A model generated the notes under the pieces. That model worked only from the letters and a program-made list of their open reading frames with translations. It was not told the DNA's origin and ran no database searches. Of a DNA stretch of 64,000 nucleotides, positions 37,369 through 49,439 are shown piece after piece. This stretch comes from Octopus bimaculoides (taxonomy: Eukaryota). Within the stretch, counting starts at the first letter, position 1. The number at the start of each line of letters is the position of its first letter. The stretch is taken from assembly GCF_001194135.2 (NCBI RefSeq), contig NC_068981.1, positions 134,459,182-134,523,181 on the forward strand, in the 5' to 3' direction. The translations under genes were made by a program, and so were the position numbers.

Positions 37369-39199
37369 GTATATATATATATATATGAGAGAGAGGAAGC
37401 GAAAGAGAGAGAGACAGACAGACAGAGGTATTCTGCTCCTATTCAAAGCTTGACCACTTTTTAGATGTACTTTTTCCATACATCCAACAAGCATGTAAGT
37501 GGCTTTTGAGTTTCGAGATCTGTTTGAAATTTGCATTACTAAGAGTGCAAGTATGTCTCATCTTAAGTGACACAGTGTTGTTTGTCTTGCCTTGATTTAT
37601 GGATATTTAAATGCCCTTTTAGACAAGCATGGGACTACCATGTCTTACCACAAAAAGGCATGTGTGTGTGTCTACTGGAATGATCTTTGTATCATTTGGG
37701 CCAACTGTATGAAGATGTGAAGTTAAGGCAGCCTTAGAAAGACAAGCTTTACCACACTTTGAGCAACTGAAGGATTTCTGTGTATAGCAAGATGTTATTT
37801 TTCCGTAGTTCTCTTTTTATTTTTCTGTACTTTTGTTTGTTTTCTCCAGCATACACACATATATATATATACATACACACGCATACATATATACACACAT
37901 TTACATTTATACATACACATTCACATCTACACAAATATACATATGTACACGAACACACATTTTCACATATGCACACTTGAATTTTAAATCTGTTTTATAT
38001 ATTTATGCTTTTAAATATTTTCTTTATTGGTGAAAAGTAAACATTACTACAGATAAAATGAATTGTTGGTTTGTTAGAAGTTTCAAATTTTTTCAAATAA
38101 ATCTTCATCTCAATTCACATAGAAGCCATAAAACCAGTATGTATGAATTTATTACATGGAATTCATCAGTAAGGTTCTGTAAAGTGATATGCAAGTTAAC
38201 AGCTTTTGTCACTTTTTCCTTATATAAACTACCCAAAACATTACAATTCACTTTTCCTCACTTATGGCCACACAAAGTGTCTTATTTTACAATTTTTATA
38301 GTGTAAATATATTTTTGGTTTAAATAAGAATCTATGTAACATTTAGTTAAATTTATTTGATTGCATGTCTGGAGTATTTCTAGATAAAAATTATCTACCA
38401 TATATTTTATTGTACAAAATGTTAGGTAGCTGCAATTATATGTTTGAAAATATATTCTGAGAACTATTCACTATTAATGTAAGATAAGTTTTATGTTTTC
38501 AGTTTGTTTGGTTTTTTTGTTTGTTTTTTTCTTTATATAATGACAGTATGAATGTCTCTTGCACACAGTTTTGAATATTCTAATTTATTATTTTCCATTC
38601 TGTGATATTGGTAGATTTTTAGGATTTTCTAATAATTATTAGTTGTTTTATTTATATACTATGTGCTCAAAACAACATTCTAAAGAACCATATCAATTAT
38701 ATTTCTGATATTTATATGAATCTATGTGTATGCATATATAGATCTGATAATGTTACAGAACTTTGTGCTTTTCTTTTTTTTCTTCTTTTTTTTTCTTTTT
38801 TTTTTCCCCTTCTTTAAATCACTGAAGAAAAATGTTTAATATAATTGAATATGAATGTGAAAGTAGGGAGACAAACATTAGAGATGAATATTTATGCTTG
38901 GTAAAAGAGGAAAAGATAAACAAAATAGTTTAGTAATAAGAAATAATTTAACAATCTTTCTGCTAATGAAATCATTCCATTCATAGTCAGTCAGTAGTTT
39001 TAGTTCAGTTTGAATCTTATACAAGAAGAATTAATGCTGAGCTTTAAATATTATCAGATTTTCAAGCTAATTTAATAAGTACCTGAGACAGCGTGTAGGT
39101 GGTGAAACCTAAGCAGTTAATCTTATTTTGCTAGTATGTGTACGCACGTGCACACACACACACACTTTGTTGTTGGAATTTGTAATTAATTTTACTCTT

Positions 39200-39780
39200 T
39201 TTAAGCCCTTCTGATATTAAACTGCCTGAGACCATTACCGTTTACATACAGACTTCTTACCTTAACCCTTTAGTATTTAAATTGACCATATCCAGCTCAA
39301 ATATTCTTCCTGCTTTATGTTCAAACCTGCCAGAGTCAGCCTCTCATATCAACCCTACAACATCACTCTTAAAATAAACAACCACATCATTGAAATCTCA
39401 AAGCTACAAGGTAATGCATGACTAATTTAGATCAATGTAAAGAAATAAGCATTACATTTGACAGAACAATCTAAATATTAAAGAGTTGAAGTGAACTAAG
39501 TTAAAATTTTCTATTGAAATTTCACGTTAATTTCTGTTTCAAACTCCTGATTATTATGTTCCAAATAATGATTGTTATTTCACTAAATTTTTCATTATTT
39601 TAAAAATTAATTGAAGTAAAAGCAGTGTTTTTGGATGGAAATATGGGCTTGAAAGCTTTTCAACTTCTAGATTTTGAAGTGTTAAATGCATGCAAGGGAA
39701 ATGATAACAGAAGACAGGATTAACTAAAGTCAAAAATATTTTTTTGATATTAGGGATGAAAGTCAACCTTAGGAAAAATC
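39200..39780. mobile_element. TTAA-type MITE family E interrupted by a family D MITE (39266-39485)
   Basis: sequence on either side of 39262-39489 rejoins to match the uninterrupted copy near 34900-35010. Confidence 0.55.
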
Positions 39781-39944
39781 CTTATTTTAAGTTGTAACAA
39801 TGGAAATCAGCTTTTTAAAAAGATGAGAAGAGTGGAAGTCAACCATTTTAAAAATGTTTTCTTGACTAGGTCCAATTATCTAAAGTTCTTCACATTAGTC
39901 TCCAAGTTCCACCTCTACTAGAACTGAACTATAGCCTTATTTAG

Positions 39945-40145
39945 TCATCATCATCATCATCATCATTTAATGTCCATTTTCTTTGCTGGCATTGATTGGA
40001 TGGTTTGACAGGAGTTGCTGGTAGTGGTGGTGGTAGGGGGGGCATGGCTAGATGGCCTTCCTAATGTCACCCACTTTACAAAGTGTACTGGATGCTTTTC
40101 ACAGCACCAGCACAAGTGCTTTTTATGTGGCACTAGCACCAGTCC
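39945..40145 (-). mobile_element. RTE-tail repeat
   Basis: (cat)n ttaatgtccattttc...gatggccttcctaatgtcacccac. Confidence 0.65.
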
Positions 40146-41019
40146 CCAGTTTTACCTTTTGAATTTGCAATTGTTACTGGTACGTTTCCAATGTACTTTG
40201 ACCATATATTGTCGGGAACTGTATCACCAAAATAAGTTAGTGATCATTCACCTGTCTTAGCTAATTATATCTCTATTGAATATATTTCACACAAATTTGG
40301 AAAAACTAGTAAAAGAAGACATCATTTTGAAATCAATATTTTGAAATTTTATTTATTGGTAAATAAAATACAAGTTTGACTGAGACAAAATTAAATCTTT
40401 TAATTGACAAAATAAAGAAAAAGTATTGTTAGTATGTCCCTAATAATGATCATGTTTTTATGCAGTTAGATTTTTGTTGCTACACATATCTCGCATTAAA
40501 TAAAGTTGTGAATTATTGTACATGTTATTACGTGTTGAATATAAACATAATCATAACACTTAATCTTGCTGTTCCATTTCTCCAGATAAAATCTATATTT
40601 ATACACATTTTTTCATGTATGTATAAAAACAGTAGAAATGGTTTAGAAATGATTTATACGGTGCAATAATTATAACGTTATCTTAAAATTATTTATTCAG
40701 TGTAAGATTAATGATTGTGGTCAAATAATTAAATAAACAATTAAATAAAATTAAAGACATTCAACCTTTGTTTATTGTGATTTATATCACATTTCCTGTT
40801 ATCAACAAAATCTTTCTTTTTATGATATTAGTAAAGTGACACCTTTGGGGTCTCCAGAATTTGTAATTAATTTTACTCTTTGTAAACTCTTTTGACACCA
40901 AACTGCCTTTCACTGTTCTTGGTTGCATGTTACTGAGATTTTGAACTAAATTAAAGCCTTCTGTTGAAATTTCATGTTAATTTATGTCCAAACACATGAT
41001 TATTTTATTTGAAAATAAA

Positions 41020-41205
41020 GGATTCAAATATTGGCCCAAGGCTAGCGATTTTAAGGGGAGGGGGCAGTCAATCTCAGTGTTCAACTGGTACTTATTTTAT
41101 CAACCCAGAAAGGCAGCATTAGAACTCAGAATTTAAAGAGCCAGAAGAAATGCTGCTAAGCATCTTGTTCAGTATGGTAATGATTCTGCCTGCTCACTGC
41201 CTTAT
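41020..41205 (-). mobile_element. SINE family B
   Basis: gaactcagaatttaaagagcc...gattctgcctgctcactgcc. Confidence 0.7.
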
Positions 41206-42359
41206 TTTGTTCCAAGATAATGACAACTATTTTATTAAATTCTTCATTATTTTCTAAATTATTTGTAACAAAGACAATGTATTTCAACAGAAATGTTATA
41301 CCAAAAGAGTTAAACCAATTAGAGAAAACAGTTTCTAAAGTTCTAGATTTTGCTATATTAAATGCAAGCAGTAACAAGAGACAAGATTAACTAAATAAAA
41401 AAAACAAAACATTCTTTTGATATTAGGAGTGAGAATCAACTTTTTTTAAAGTATATTTGTGTTTTTATATAGTATCAAAAATATATATATATTACAGAGC
41501 TGATTACTTAGTACTTAATAAGAAAGAAAGAAAGGAAGAAAGAAAGAAAGACAGACAGACAGACAGACTTTTACACTAATTTAAATTCTCAACAGCAAAT
41601 TTCTAAAATTTTGGAAATATTGCCCTCACATTTTATTTACTTGTGAATTAATATTTAAGGCTGAAGGAATTTATTTTTGACTTAAGAGTGTATGTATATA
41701 GCATACAAAAATATTTAAAGATAAGAATTTGTTTATTCTGAAATATGGTTTGATATAACTTAGAGTTAGATAAAGTAACAATATATAATGTTAATGATAC
41801 AGTTTTCCAGTCATTCATTAAGAATGTGTACAGTACAAGGGTAAATAGTCTTGTTTATATCATAGATGGGGAAGAACTGATTAGATTTGCTGTACTCTAA
41901 TTTATAGCTAACTAATTAACTAACTTCATCAATAAATGTTATATATCAGCAAAATAAATATTTTAATAATTATAATTACTTAATAAAAAACATTTTTCCA
42001 TGGCTTAGTCAGAAAAAGGAGTAACATCCTTGGCTTTTGCAGGGTCTCCAGAATGATGAGAATGTAAACCAAGATTCATAGATTGCTGACATAGAAAGCA
42101 GTAACATCAATGCATTGAGTTATGCCCAGATTGAAAACCTGGCTAAAAATGGGTGGGTTGGTGTTCATTGAGGAAGGTGTTCTTTGGATTGATCTCCTTT
42201 GTGTTACCAACTCTCAGTTGTTTTTGAAGCACAATATATCCCCTTGGTCAGCTATATTTTTGCATAAGATTTGAAATGAATGATATTGGTAACTGTTGGT
42301 AACAGTTATTTACAGCTATAATGTGATATCAAGACTAGGAGATGAATACACATGTATAA

Positions 42360-42510
42360 AGCAGGTTTCTTTATGCTTTTTTTCTACCAAATCCATTCAA
42401 GGCTTCGGTCACCCTTGAGCTATAGTAAATACACTTTCCCAAAGTACCATGCAGTGAGACTGAACCTGAAACAATGTGATTGCTAAGCAGACTTCTTAAC
42501 CACACAGCCT
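42360..42510 (-). mobile_element. SINE family A head and core
   Basis: ctaccaaatccattcaagg...cttaaccacacagcc. Confidence 0.7.
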
Positions 42511-42574
42511 TCAGAGATGGTTAATTTATGGTTGAAGTTCTATTTTTATTGATAGAGAGGTTTTTGAGTTATGT

Positions 42575-42621
<47 letters not shown>

Positions 42622-42820
42622 CATATATATATATATATACACATACACACAACTCAATACTTTTCAGTGAAATTGCCGTAACATTTTGATTTAAAAATTT
42701 GAAGTACTCCACTTATGTTAGAAAAATGGCTAAAAGCTTCTTCGTTTTTAAAAATTTTATTAATTACTGAAATTATTATTTAACCTAAAACCTGACAATA
42801 CATTAAAGTTCATTTTGCAA

Positions 42821-42860
<40 letters not shown>

Positions 42861-43187
42861 CTCTCTCTTTCTCTCTTTTTCTCTCTCTCTCATCTGTAAT
42901 ATTTCTATTTTATTTGTCTTTTTTCAAGTAAATGCCATGTATAAGCTGTGTTTACCACGTAGATCTGTTAATTATTTCTCCAGGATGTGTATATAATTTT
43001 TGTCGCTTATAGATCATTCACCCTAACTTTCCTCATCCTTCTACAAAAGATTGTAACATGCAGTTGTGTAAATGATAAATGAATTTAAGCATGATTATTT
43101 ACTTTAGTTCATTAAAATCTTAATTCTATCATTTATCTTTGACAACTTAAATAATTTGTTGTTGATCCAAGCTATCAACAAACTCAC

Positions 43188-43249
43188 CCACAAAGCTAAT
43201 TCTGCAATCAATATTCCTATAGATAACCATGCTACTAGAACCAACAATC
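43188..43249 (-). CDS. Candidate exon encoding a hydrophobic helix, LLVLVAWLSIGILIAELALW
   Basis: TGG|GTGAGT donor; weak aattaag acceptor; open frame. Confidence 0.2.
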
Positions 43250-44312
43250 CTTAATTCCAACTTTGATAGTAACCATTCATGAAAGTTTAACAATAGTGAT
43301 AAGGGATAATTTTTTTTTTTTTAATCTCTTATCACTAGTTTTCATGGTGCATGTACAAATATCTTAAAAATACAGGTATCCATTTCCCCATAAATTATCC
43401 CCACTAAAAAAAACCTATGTAAATAGAATATACAGAGATCAGAAGAATCTTTTATCTTTCACTAGTTTCAGTCATTGGACTACTACAATGCTGTGACATT
43501 GAATTTGAAAGGTTCTAGTCAAACAAATTACTCCCAGTACTTAATTTTTATGTGTCCTCTCAGTCTTTTTTTGTCAAACCATTAAGTTAGGGACATAAAT
43601 AAATCAACAATAATTGTCAAGTAGGGGATGGGAGAGGACAAACACAGACACAAAGCCACACGCATACATATGAATACACGCACATACACAGACACACAAA
43701 TGTCTTCCTGGCATTAGTAGAACACTTTTTATTGAATTCTGATCTTAGTGACTTAGATAAATGTTGAAAAACAGAAATTGTATTTCAATCCAGATATCAT
43801 AATTTTGCCAAGAAATCTTTTTATTCAAAACAAGATGAAAATAGCCATCTGTTCACCTAGAATACATCTACTCTTGCCAGTGTATTTAATTTCTATATCA
43901 ATAAAATATATTTAAAATCTATTTGCTCTACTTTCTGTCTTTTGACTCTCCTGAGTAATAAACTATCTTTTACCTAATAATTGTTTCAAATTTTGGCACA
44001 TGGCCTGCAGTTTTAGTGGGATGAGGTTAGACAATTACATCGACCCTGAAAGGAGGAAAGGCATTGTTGACCTCAGTAAGATTTGAAATCAGAATGTAAA
44101 GAGCTGGAAGAAATTCCACTGGATGCCTAGCTTTTACCCTAGGATGGATAAGTATCAGTGCATGGAACTCTTGATCCTTGAGTCACTCTGTAACTTCTGT
44201 CAATTAATAAAAAAACAATATATCTTTTACCCTAAAAATAGTAAATGTTCAGAAACTAAGATAAACTCTTTCATCATTAAATTTTTTTTAAATAAAAGAT
44301 ACATACTCTTAC

Positions 44313-44617
44313 CTATAATATTTTCCCTGGTTAGTCTTTCTTGTAAGAATTATCACACGTGAATCATTAGAAGTTCTGAAATTGTCATCTGTCAAAAATG
44401 GCCAATATATGATATTGAGGCAGACAGAGCATGTCAGAAGTATACAACTTACTATCTCACAACTTACCTCAGTGGCATTATCATCAAACTGTCAAATCGC
44501 TTTATATCTCTTGCATATTTCAAACAGTATCAACAATGAATATTTGATTGATGCCTTAAACCAGACGATTGTGGTTTTTCATATTCAGTATCATATACAC
44601 AGATAGATGTTGATCTC
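44313..44617 (-). pseudogene. Candidate exon pair (44468-44617 and 44313-44375) around a 92-nt GT-AG intron, with one in-frame TGA
   Basis: donors GAG|GTAAGT and TAG|GTAAGA; acceptors cccctttaag and caatttcag; phases 2-2-2. Confidence 0.25.
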
Positions 44618-44929
44618 CTTAAAGGGGAAATATAGGTTTATATTGATTATATGAGTTTCAGCCAACCAGTCAATCTTCTGATTAACACTTTGTTCTATAA
44701 TGAATATATAGAAATACTGAAATTTTGATCAGGCACAAAAATGATTGTTATAATTATTTTTCTTTTTCTTTTCTGAAAAGCTGGGAAAGATTTAAAAACC
44801 AAAATGCAGAGTAATTGTTTCTGTGCTGATAAATGGTTTTTATAGAATTATTTTGTATTGCGGTACTCACTCTAGTGCTTATAAATTGTTATATGAAGGA
44901 ATATGTATTTATTTATTTCTCAAAAGTGA

Positions 44930-45282
44930 TTTCATGTTTATCATCCCTTGGCCAACTGCCTTCTACTATAGCCCCAAGCTATTCAAAACCTTGTGAGGAG
45001 GTTTGGTATGCAGAAACTGAAAGAATCTCATTATATATGTGTGTTTTGTCTTCTTATCTTGACATCATGCACTAGTTGTAAATGAACTTCACCATCATCA
45101 TATAAGTAGCATCCTTCATTTCTGATCTTCTTTGAAAACATGTCTGACTGTCGGGAAATATTACCTCACTTGGAAACAGGTGAAGGTTGGTGACAGGAAG
45201 GGCATCTGGCCTTAGAAAATTTGCCTCATTGCATTCCATCTGATCCATGCAAGCATGGAAAACTGAACGTTATAACAATGAT
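44930..45282 (+). mobile_element. SINE A2 (RTE-type tail), 5'-truncated
   Basis: core gccttctactatagcccc...; tail gacaggaagggcatctggcc...gcaagcatggaaaactgaacgttataacaatgatga. Confidence 0.7.
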
Positions 45283-45299
45283 GAACCCCTACTCTAGAG

Positions 45300-45651
45300 T
45301 AGGGGTTCTCAACCAGGGTCCATATGGTTCCTGAGGGTGCATATATGATTTTTGGGGGTCCACGCAACAAAATAGTCAAATTGGGGATCACAATAGTATT
45401 TTAAGGGCCCCTGAAAAAATTTTGTTTTAGGTGTATGTATTGGTATGTGTTGCAAGAAACAGCTAGGTTTCTTTCTCTAATGTTTTACAAGGTTTAACCT
45501 ACACAAGTTAATGTGTGAAAAACGAAATTGGAATTTTGAAAGAAGTTTGTATAAAACTAGTTTTTAAACATCGAATGGCTTTGAAGGTCCTCCAGAATAA
45601 AATAGTAATGAAAGGGGTCCATAGATAAAAAAAAATGGTTGAGAACCCCTG
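45300..45651. mobile_element. hAT/Charlie-type MITE (352 bp)
   Basis: TIR (T/C)AGGGGTTCTCAACC; 8-bp TSD ctctagag/ctcttgag, matching the NTCTAGAN preference. Confidence 0.9.
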
Positions 45652-45771
45652 CTCTTGAGAGAATGTGTACATTCAACAACTGATAGATTTTAAATTTCAA
45701 CCTAGCTGGGTTTTAATTTAGCCTCAGTGTTGTCTGAATCAAGCATACTCTCTTATGTAAACTGTTTATAT

Positions 45772-46015
45772 CAGGGCTGTGGAGTCAGAGTCAGAAACAA
45801 TTAAGGGGCAACTGGAGTCAGTAAAACCAACTCTGATTCCAACTCACAATATCTTTATTCTTTAATATAAACCAGTTATAACATATAGGCCTACTCAAAG
45901 TACAAGTGTATGCATATGCTTTATGAGATATGTAGACCACAATCATTTAATTACATAATGAGGGGGTGGAGTCAGAGTTGGAGTCAAAGTTTTTTGTTTC
46001 AACTCCACAGCCCTG
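45772..46015. mobile_element. hAT-type MITE (244 bp)
   Basis: TIR CAGGGCTGTGGAGT; perfect 8-bp TSD gtttatat; internal GGAGTC(A/G)GAGT repeats. Confidence 0.9.
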
Positions 46016-46059
46016 GTTTATATATCAGTCAGTACTCAGAATAAATTGGCTGATAGTGT

Positions 46060-46748
46060 AGAGCTGATCCACCACACTGTTGCAGTGTGATGGCCTATGT
46101 GCATCAATGACCTTGAGAGCCATGCCAGTAGAGTGCAGGTTCCTGGTAGGACCTCCTATGCTGAACAGATCAAAGGACAGAGGTCAGACTACTATGGACC
46201 ACCTGTTAGGTAGGGGGGGGATCCAAAAGGGGTCTTCAGGAGTAGTGTCCCTGCCTTCCTGAGCTAGTTTTCCATCACATTTCTTAAAAATTGTGGTAGA
46301 GGCCTTGATCTCGGGACCCCCCCCCCCTGTCTAGAAACTGAAGTTGGGGGTAAGCAAGGGCATACACCCTGGAGAAAATCCAGCTCCAAAAATGCCTTAT
46401 GATAACAAAGGAGAATGGGCACCAGCCAGTGACAAAGGTTGGGTGGGCTGCACCTGCCTACCTCGGTTGCTATGGCATTGAGGTAGATCCGGCCACCTCC
46501 ATTAATGGGGATAAATCCTGGATTTAAATCACTGGACGATGATGTTCCCAGTGGTAAAAATATCTTTGCATAGGACCAACACCCCTGCCTAGAAAAAAAG
46601 GAAAGCAAAGTTACAGAAGCATCAATTGCAATTTAAAACCGACAAAACCTGGAGATGGGAGAAGCAGAAAAACAGCTCAGAATCAAAAACATTGGAGAAA
46701 TGTCATCAATGGCCTATGCTCCTTGGAGAAGAAAGACTTAAGTAAATA
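46060..46748 (+). mobile_element. Internally deleted RTE-BovB-like element (5' UTR joined to the 3' end)
   Basis: RTE-type 5' UTR (ccttgagagccatgcc..., acccctgcctagaaaa) followed closely by AQNQKHWRNVINGLCS and a ttaagtaaata tail. Confidence 0.5.
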
Positions 46749-46789
46749 GACCTGATAATTTTTATCATAACTACATCACCAGCCAATTT

Positions 46790-47121
46790 AAAGGGTAAAG
46801 ACCTCCTTCGGTCATGAATGACTATGTGCTTGCACGTAGGAAGTTACCCTCCGAGGCACAAAGTCCAGACAAAGTTGTTTATAGAAGACCAGCAGTCACC
46901 CACGCATACCAGCCTCCCCTTTCCACACCACTGATGTTATCCAAGGGAAAGGTAAAGGCTGATACAGCTTGGCAGCAGTGATGTTGCAACTCATTTTTAC
47001 AACTGAGTGAACTGAAGCAATGTGAAATAAAGTGTCTTGCTCAAGAACACAACACAGCCCAGTCTGGGAATCAGACTTACTACCTCATGATTGTGAACCT
47101 AATGCTCTAACTACTGAGCCA
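46790..47121 (-). mobile_element. SINE family C, full length
   Basis: reverse complement of 6338-6670. Confidence 0.85.
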
Positions 47122-47126
47122 ATTTA

Positions 47127-47323
47127 CTCTAGCATTTAAACTAGCCATATCTTGCCAAAATTTTCTACCTAGTTTATGTTCAAACCAGTCAGATCTGGCC
47201 TCTCACACTAATCCTACCATGTCATTCTAAAAATAAACAGTTATCTCATCAAAATCTCAAAGCTACAAGATAATGCATTATAAATTCTAAACATTGTGAA
47301 TAAATAATGTGAATGCTAAAGGG
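47127..47323. mobile_element. piggyBac-type MITE (family D)
   Basis: ends gaatgctaaaggg|ttaa; body similar to 661-875. Confidence 0.7.
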
Positions 47324-47699
47324 TTAAAATGCATGATGAGTAAAATTGCATATTATAGGATAATGAAATTAATTATTTTTTAATTATATTTATTATTGCT
47401 CCTAAGTGATTTAATGTTATATATTTAGACTCTGAAAATGAGTTTGAAGCTGCTTATATTTTCATATTTGACCCAAAATTTTTCATTTCACAGTTATGGC
47501 ATATTTAAAACTGAAATATCAAATAAATTAACATTTTCTCTTTATTGTTTTGCTCTTCATCACAATTATTGTGGTTTACATCTCTGCTTCAAAATAAACA
47601 AAGGGCTCATAAATTAACTTTCACACCCACCCATGCCTTGTGGCATAATTTTTTTCTTTAATTCATTATTATTAGTCTGTCCTTTTTTTTTTATTTCAG

Positions 47700-47787
47700 G
47701 TTATACGCTGACACACGATGAAGCTGTTTCTTGTTAAACACCACATATGTTACACTGAGTTACATAGAATCATCATTGTGTAAAAAA
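47700..47787 (+). other. Candidate exon, probably non-coding
   Basis: poly-T + ttatttcag acceptor; AA|GTATGC donor; all frames closed. Confidence 0.25.
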
Positions 47788-48692
47788 GTATGCCTTTATT
47801 AATGGCAAACTGTTATGCATGGTAAGTTACGCTTAATTTTGTTGCAAAAAGCACCATTAATCTCACCCTTCACCCTCAGAATACCATTTTTGCTCATCAT
47901 CACCACCACCACCACCACCATCATCATTATCATCATCATCCATCCATTTTCCATGCCAGCATGGTTGGACTGGTAATAAATGGGTTTATAATGACTTGCA
48001 GAGTGAGCAACCAGTGATGTTGGATGACTCAGTGTCTCCCTGTGGTTATTACTTCTCATTTCAGTCATCTAATTTATTTTGACAGTGTTTCCAATGACAG
48101 TATATATAATATATTAAAGAGATTTTATGAAATTATTGTTTCTACTGCGCTGAAATCTATTCTATCCCTTTCAAATGATGAGCTTATATTAAAAGTGCTC
48201 TATACCACATGTATGTGAAACATAAGCACCAAAGTAGAAATCTAATTGCAACTGGATAGATATGAAGTGTGTTTGGTTTATTAGATGTGCATCAGCCGTC
48301 TGAGACTAGTTTAATAAAAATGAGTCGAGGTGAGGTCAATTCATTGCATGATTGTATTGAAAGAGATATGAAATGCAAATAGATAATGTACATTGGATGG
48401 GAAGCTACCTTATGTTGATAATGGAAGGTGCATGTAGTGTAGATTGATTAATTAAGAATTGGCATGAGAGAGACTTAGAACAAATGTTAGTAAGTTAGGT
48501 CTCATTAGAGATAATAATATGGATATTTCTTAGAGATGTCTATATTATTTATTATGGAAAATCAATGTAAACTAATGATAAGCTCCTTTTGGATTTTAGA
48601 CAGATATTGTAAAGTATTTGTACTTACGTACTATCAAAACATAGTTCTGTTAATGGCAACAGCAACAATAAGTGATGGATGAGTAGTTAGGT

Positions 48693-49090
48693 GTAGGAAT
48701 GGCTGTCTGATTAAAAAGCTTGCTTTGCAACCATATCGTTTCAAGTTCAGTCCCACTGTGTGGCACCTTGGGCAAGTGTCTTCTACTATAGCCCCAGTCC
48801 AATCAATTCCTTGAGAGTGAATTTACTAGATGGAAACTGTGTGGAAGCTTGTCATGTATATGTGTGTCTCTTTGTGTCTGTGTTTGTCAAAACACCCCCT
48901 CTTCCACCACTTGACAACAACTTTTGATGTGTTTACATCCCTGTAACTTTGCAGTTCAATAAAAGAAACTGATATAATAAGTATCCGACTTAAAATAAGT
49001 ACTGAAGTGAATTTGTTCAGCTATAACCTTCAAGATAGTGTTCCAGCATAGCCACAGTCCAAAACTGAATCCAGTAAGAGAATATAAAAG
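48693..49090 (+). mobile_element. Full-length SINE A1
   Basis: ggaatggctgtctgattaaaaagcttgc...gttccagcatagccacagtcc...gtaagagaatataaaag. Confidence 0.8.
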
Positions 49091-49154
49091 ATGAATAGTA
49101 GCTGAAACCATTGACAAGCTTCTCATAACTTGGAAGGTTTAAGTCATAAAAGGC

Positions 49155-49420
49155 TAATTGGCTGAGTTGGTAGAATGCCATGTATTATTTATTCTGATCC
49201 TCTACACTCTAAGTTCAAGTCCTGCTGAGATCAACGTTGCCTTTAATCATTTTGGCGAGCTGGCAGAATTGTTAGCATGCCAGGTGAAATGCTTAGTAGT
49301 ATTTCGTCTGTCTTTACATTCTGAGTTTAAATTCTGCCATGGTCGACTTTGCCTTTCATCTGTTTGGGGTTGATGAAATAAGTACCAATTGAGCACTGGG
49401 GACAGTGTAACTGACTTAGC
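49155..49420 (+). mobile_element. Two tandem SINE family B pieces
   Basis: partial head 49155-49250 followed by ggcgagctggcagaattgttagc... Confidence 0.75.
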
Positions 49421-49439
49421 TACTACTGGGTAAGAGTAT

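Noticed and set aside
24998-41390. Joining 24998-25028, about 38123-38168 and 41291 onward gives FEAIKPVCMNL..., faintly like the TTI1 N-terminus
   Set aside because: Exons were hand-picked, similarity covers only about 10 residues and does not continue.
46264-46608. 114-aa minus-strand ORF
   Set aside because: Antisense to an RTE-like 5' UTR; no recognisable domain.
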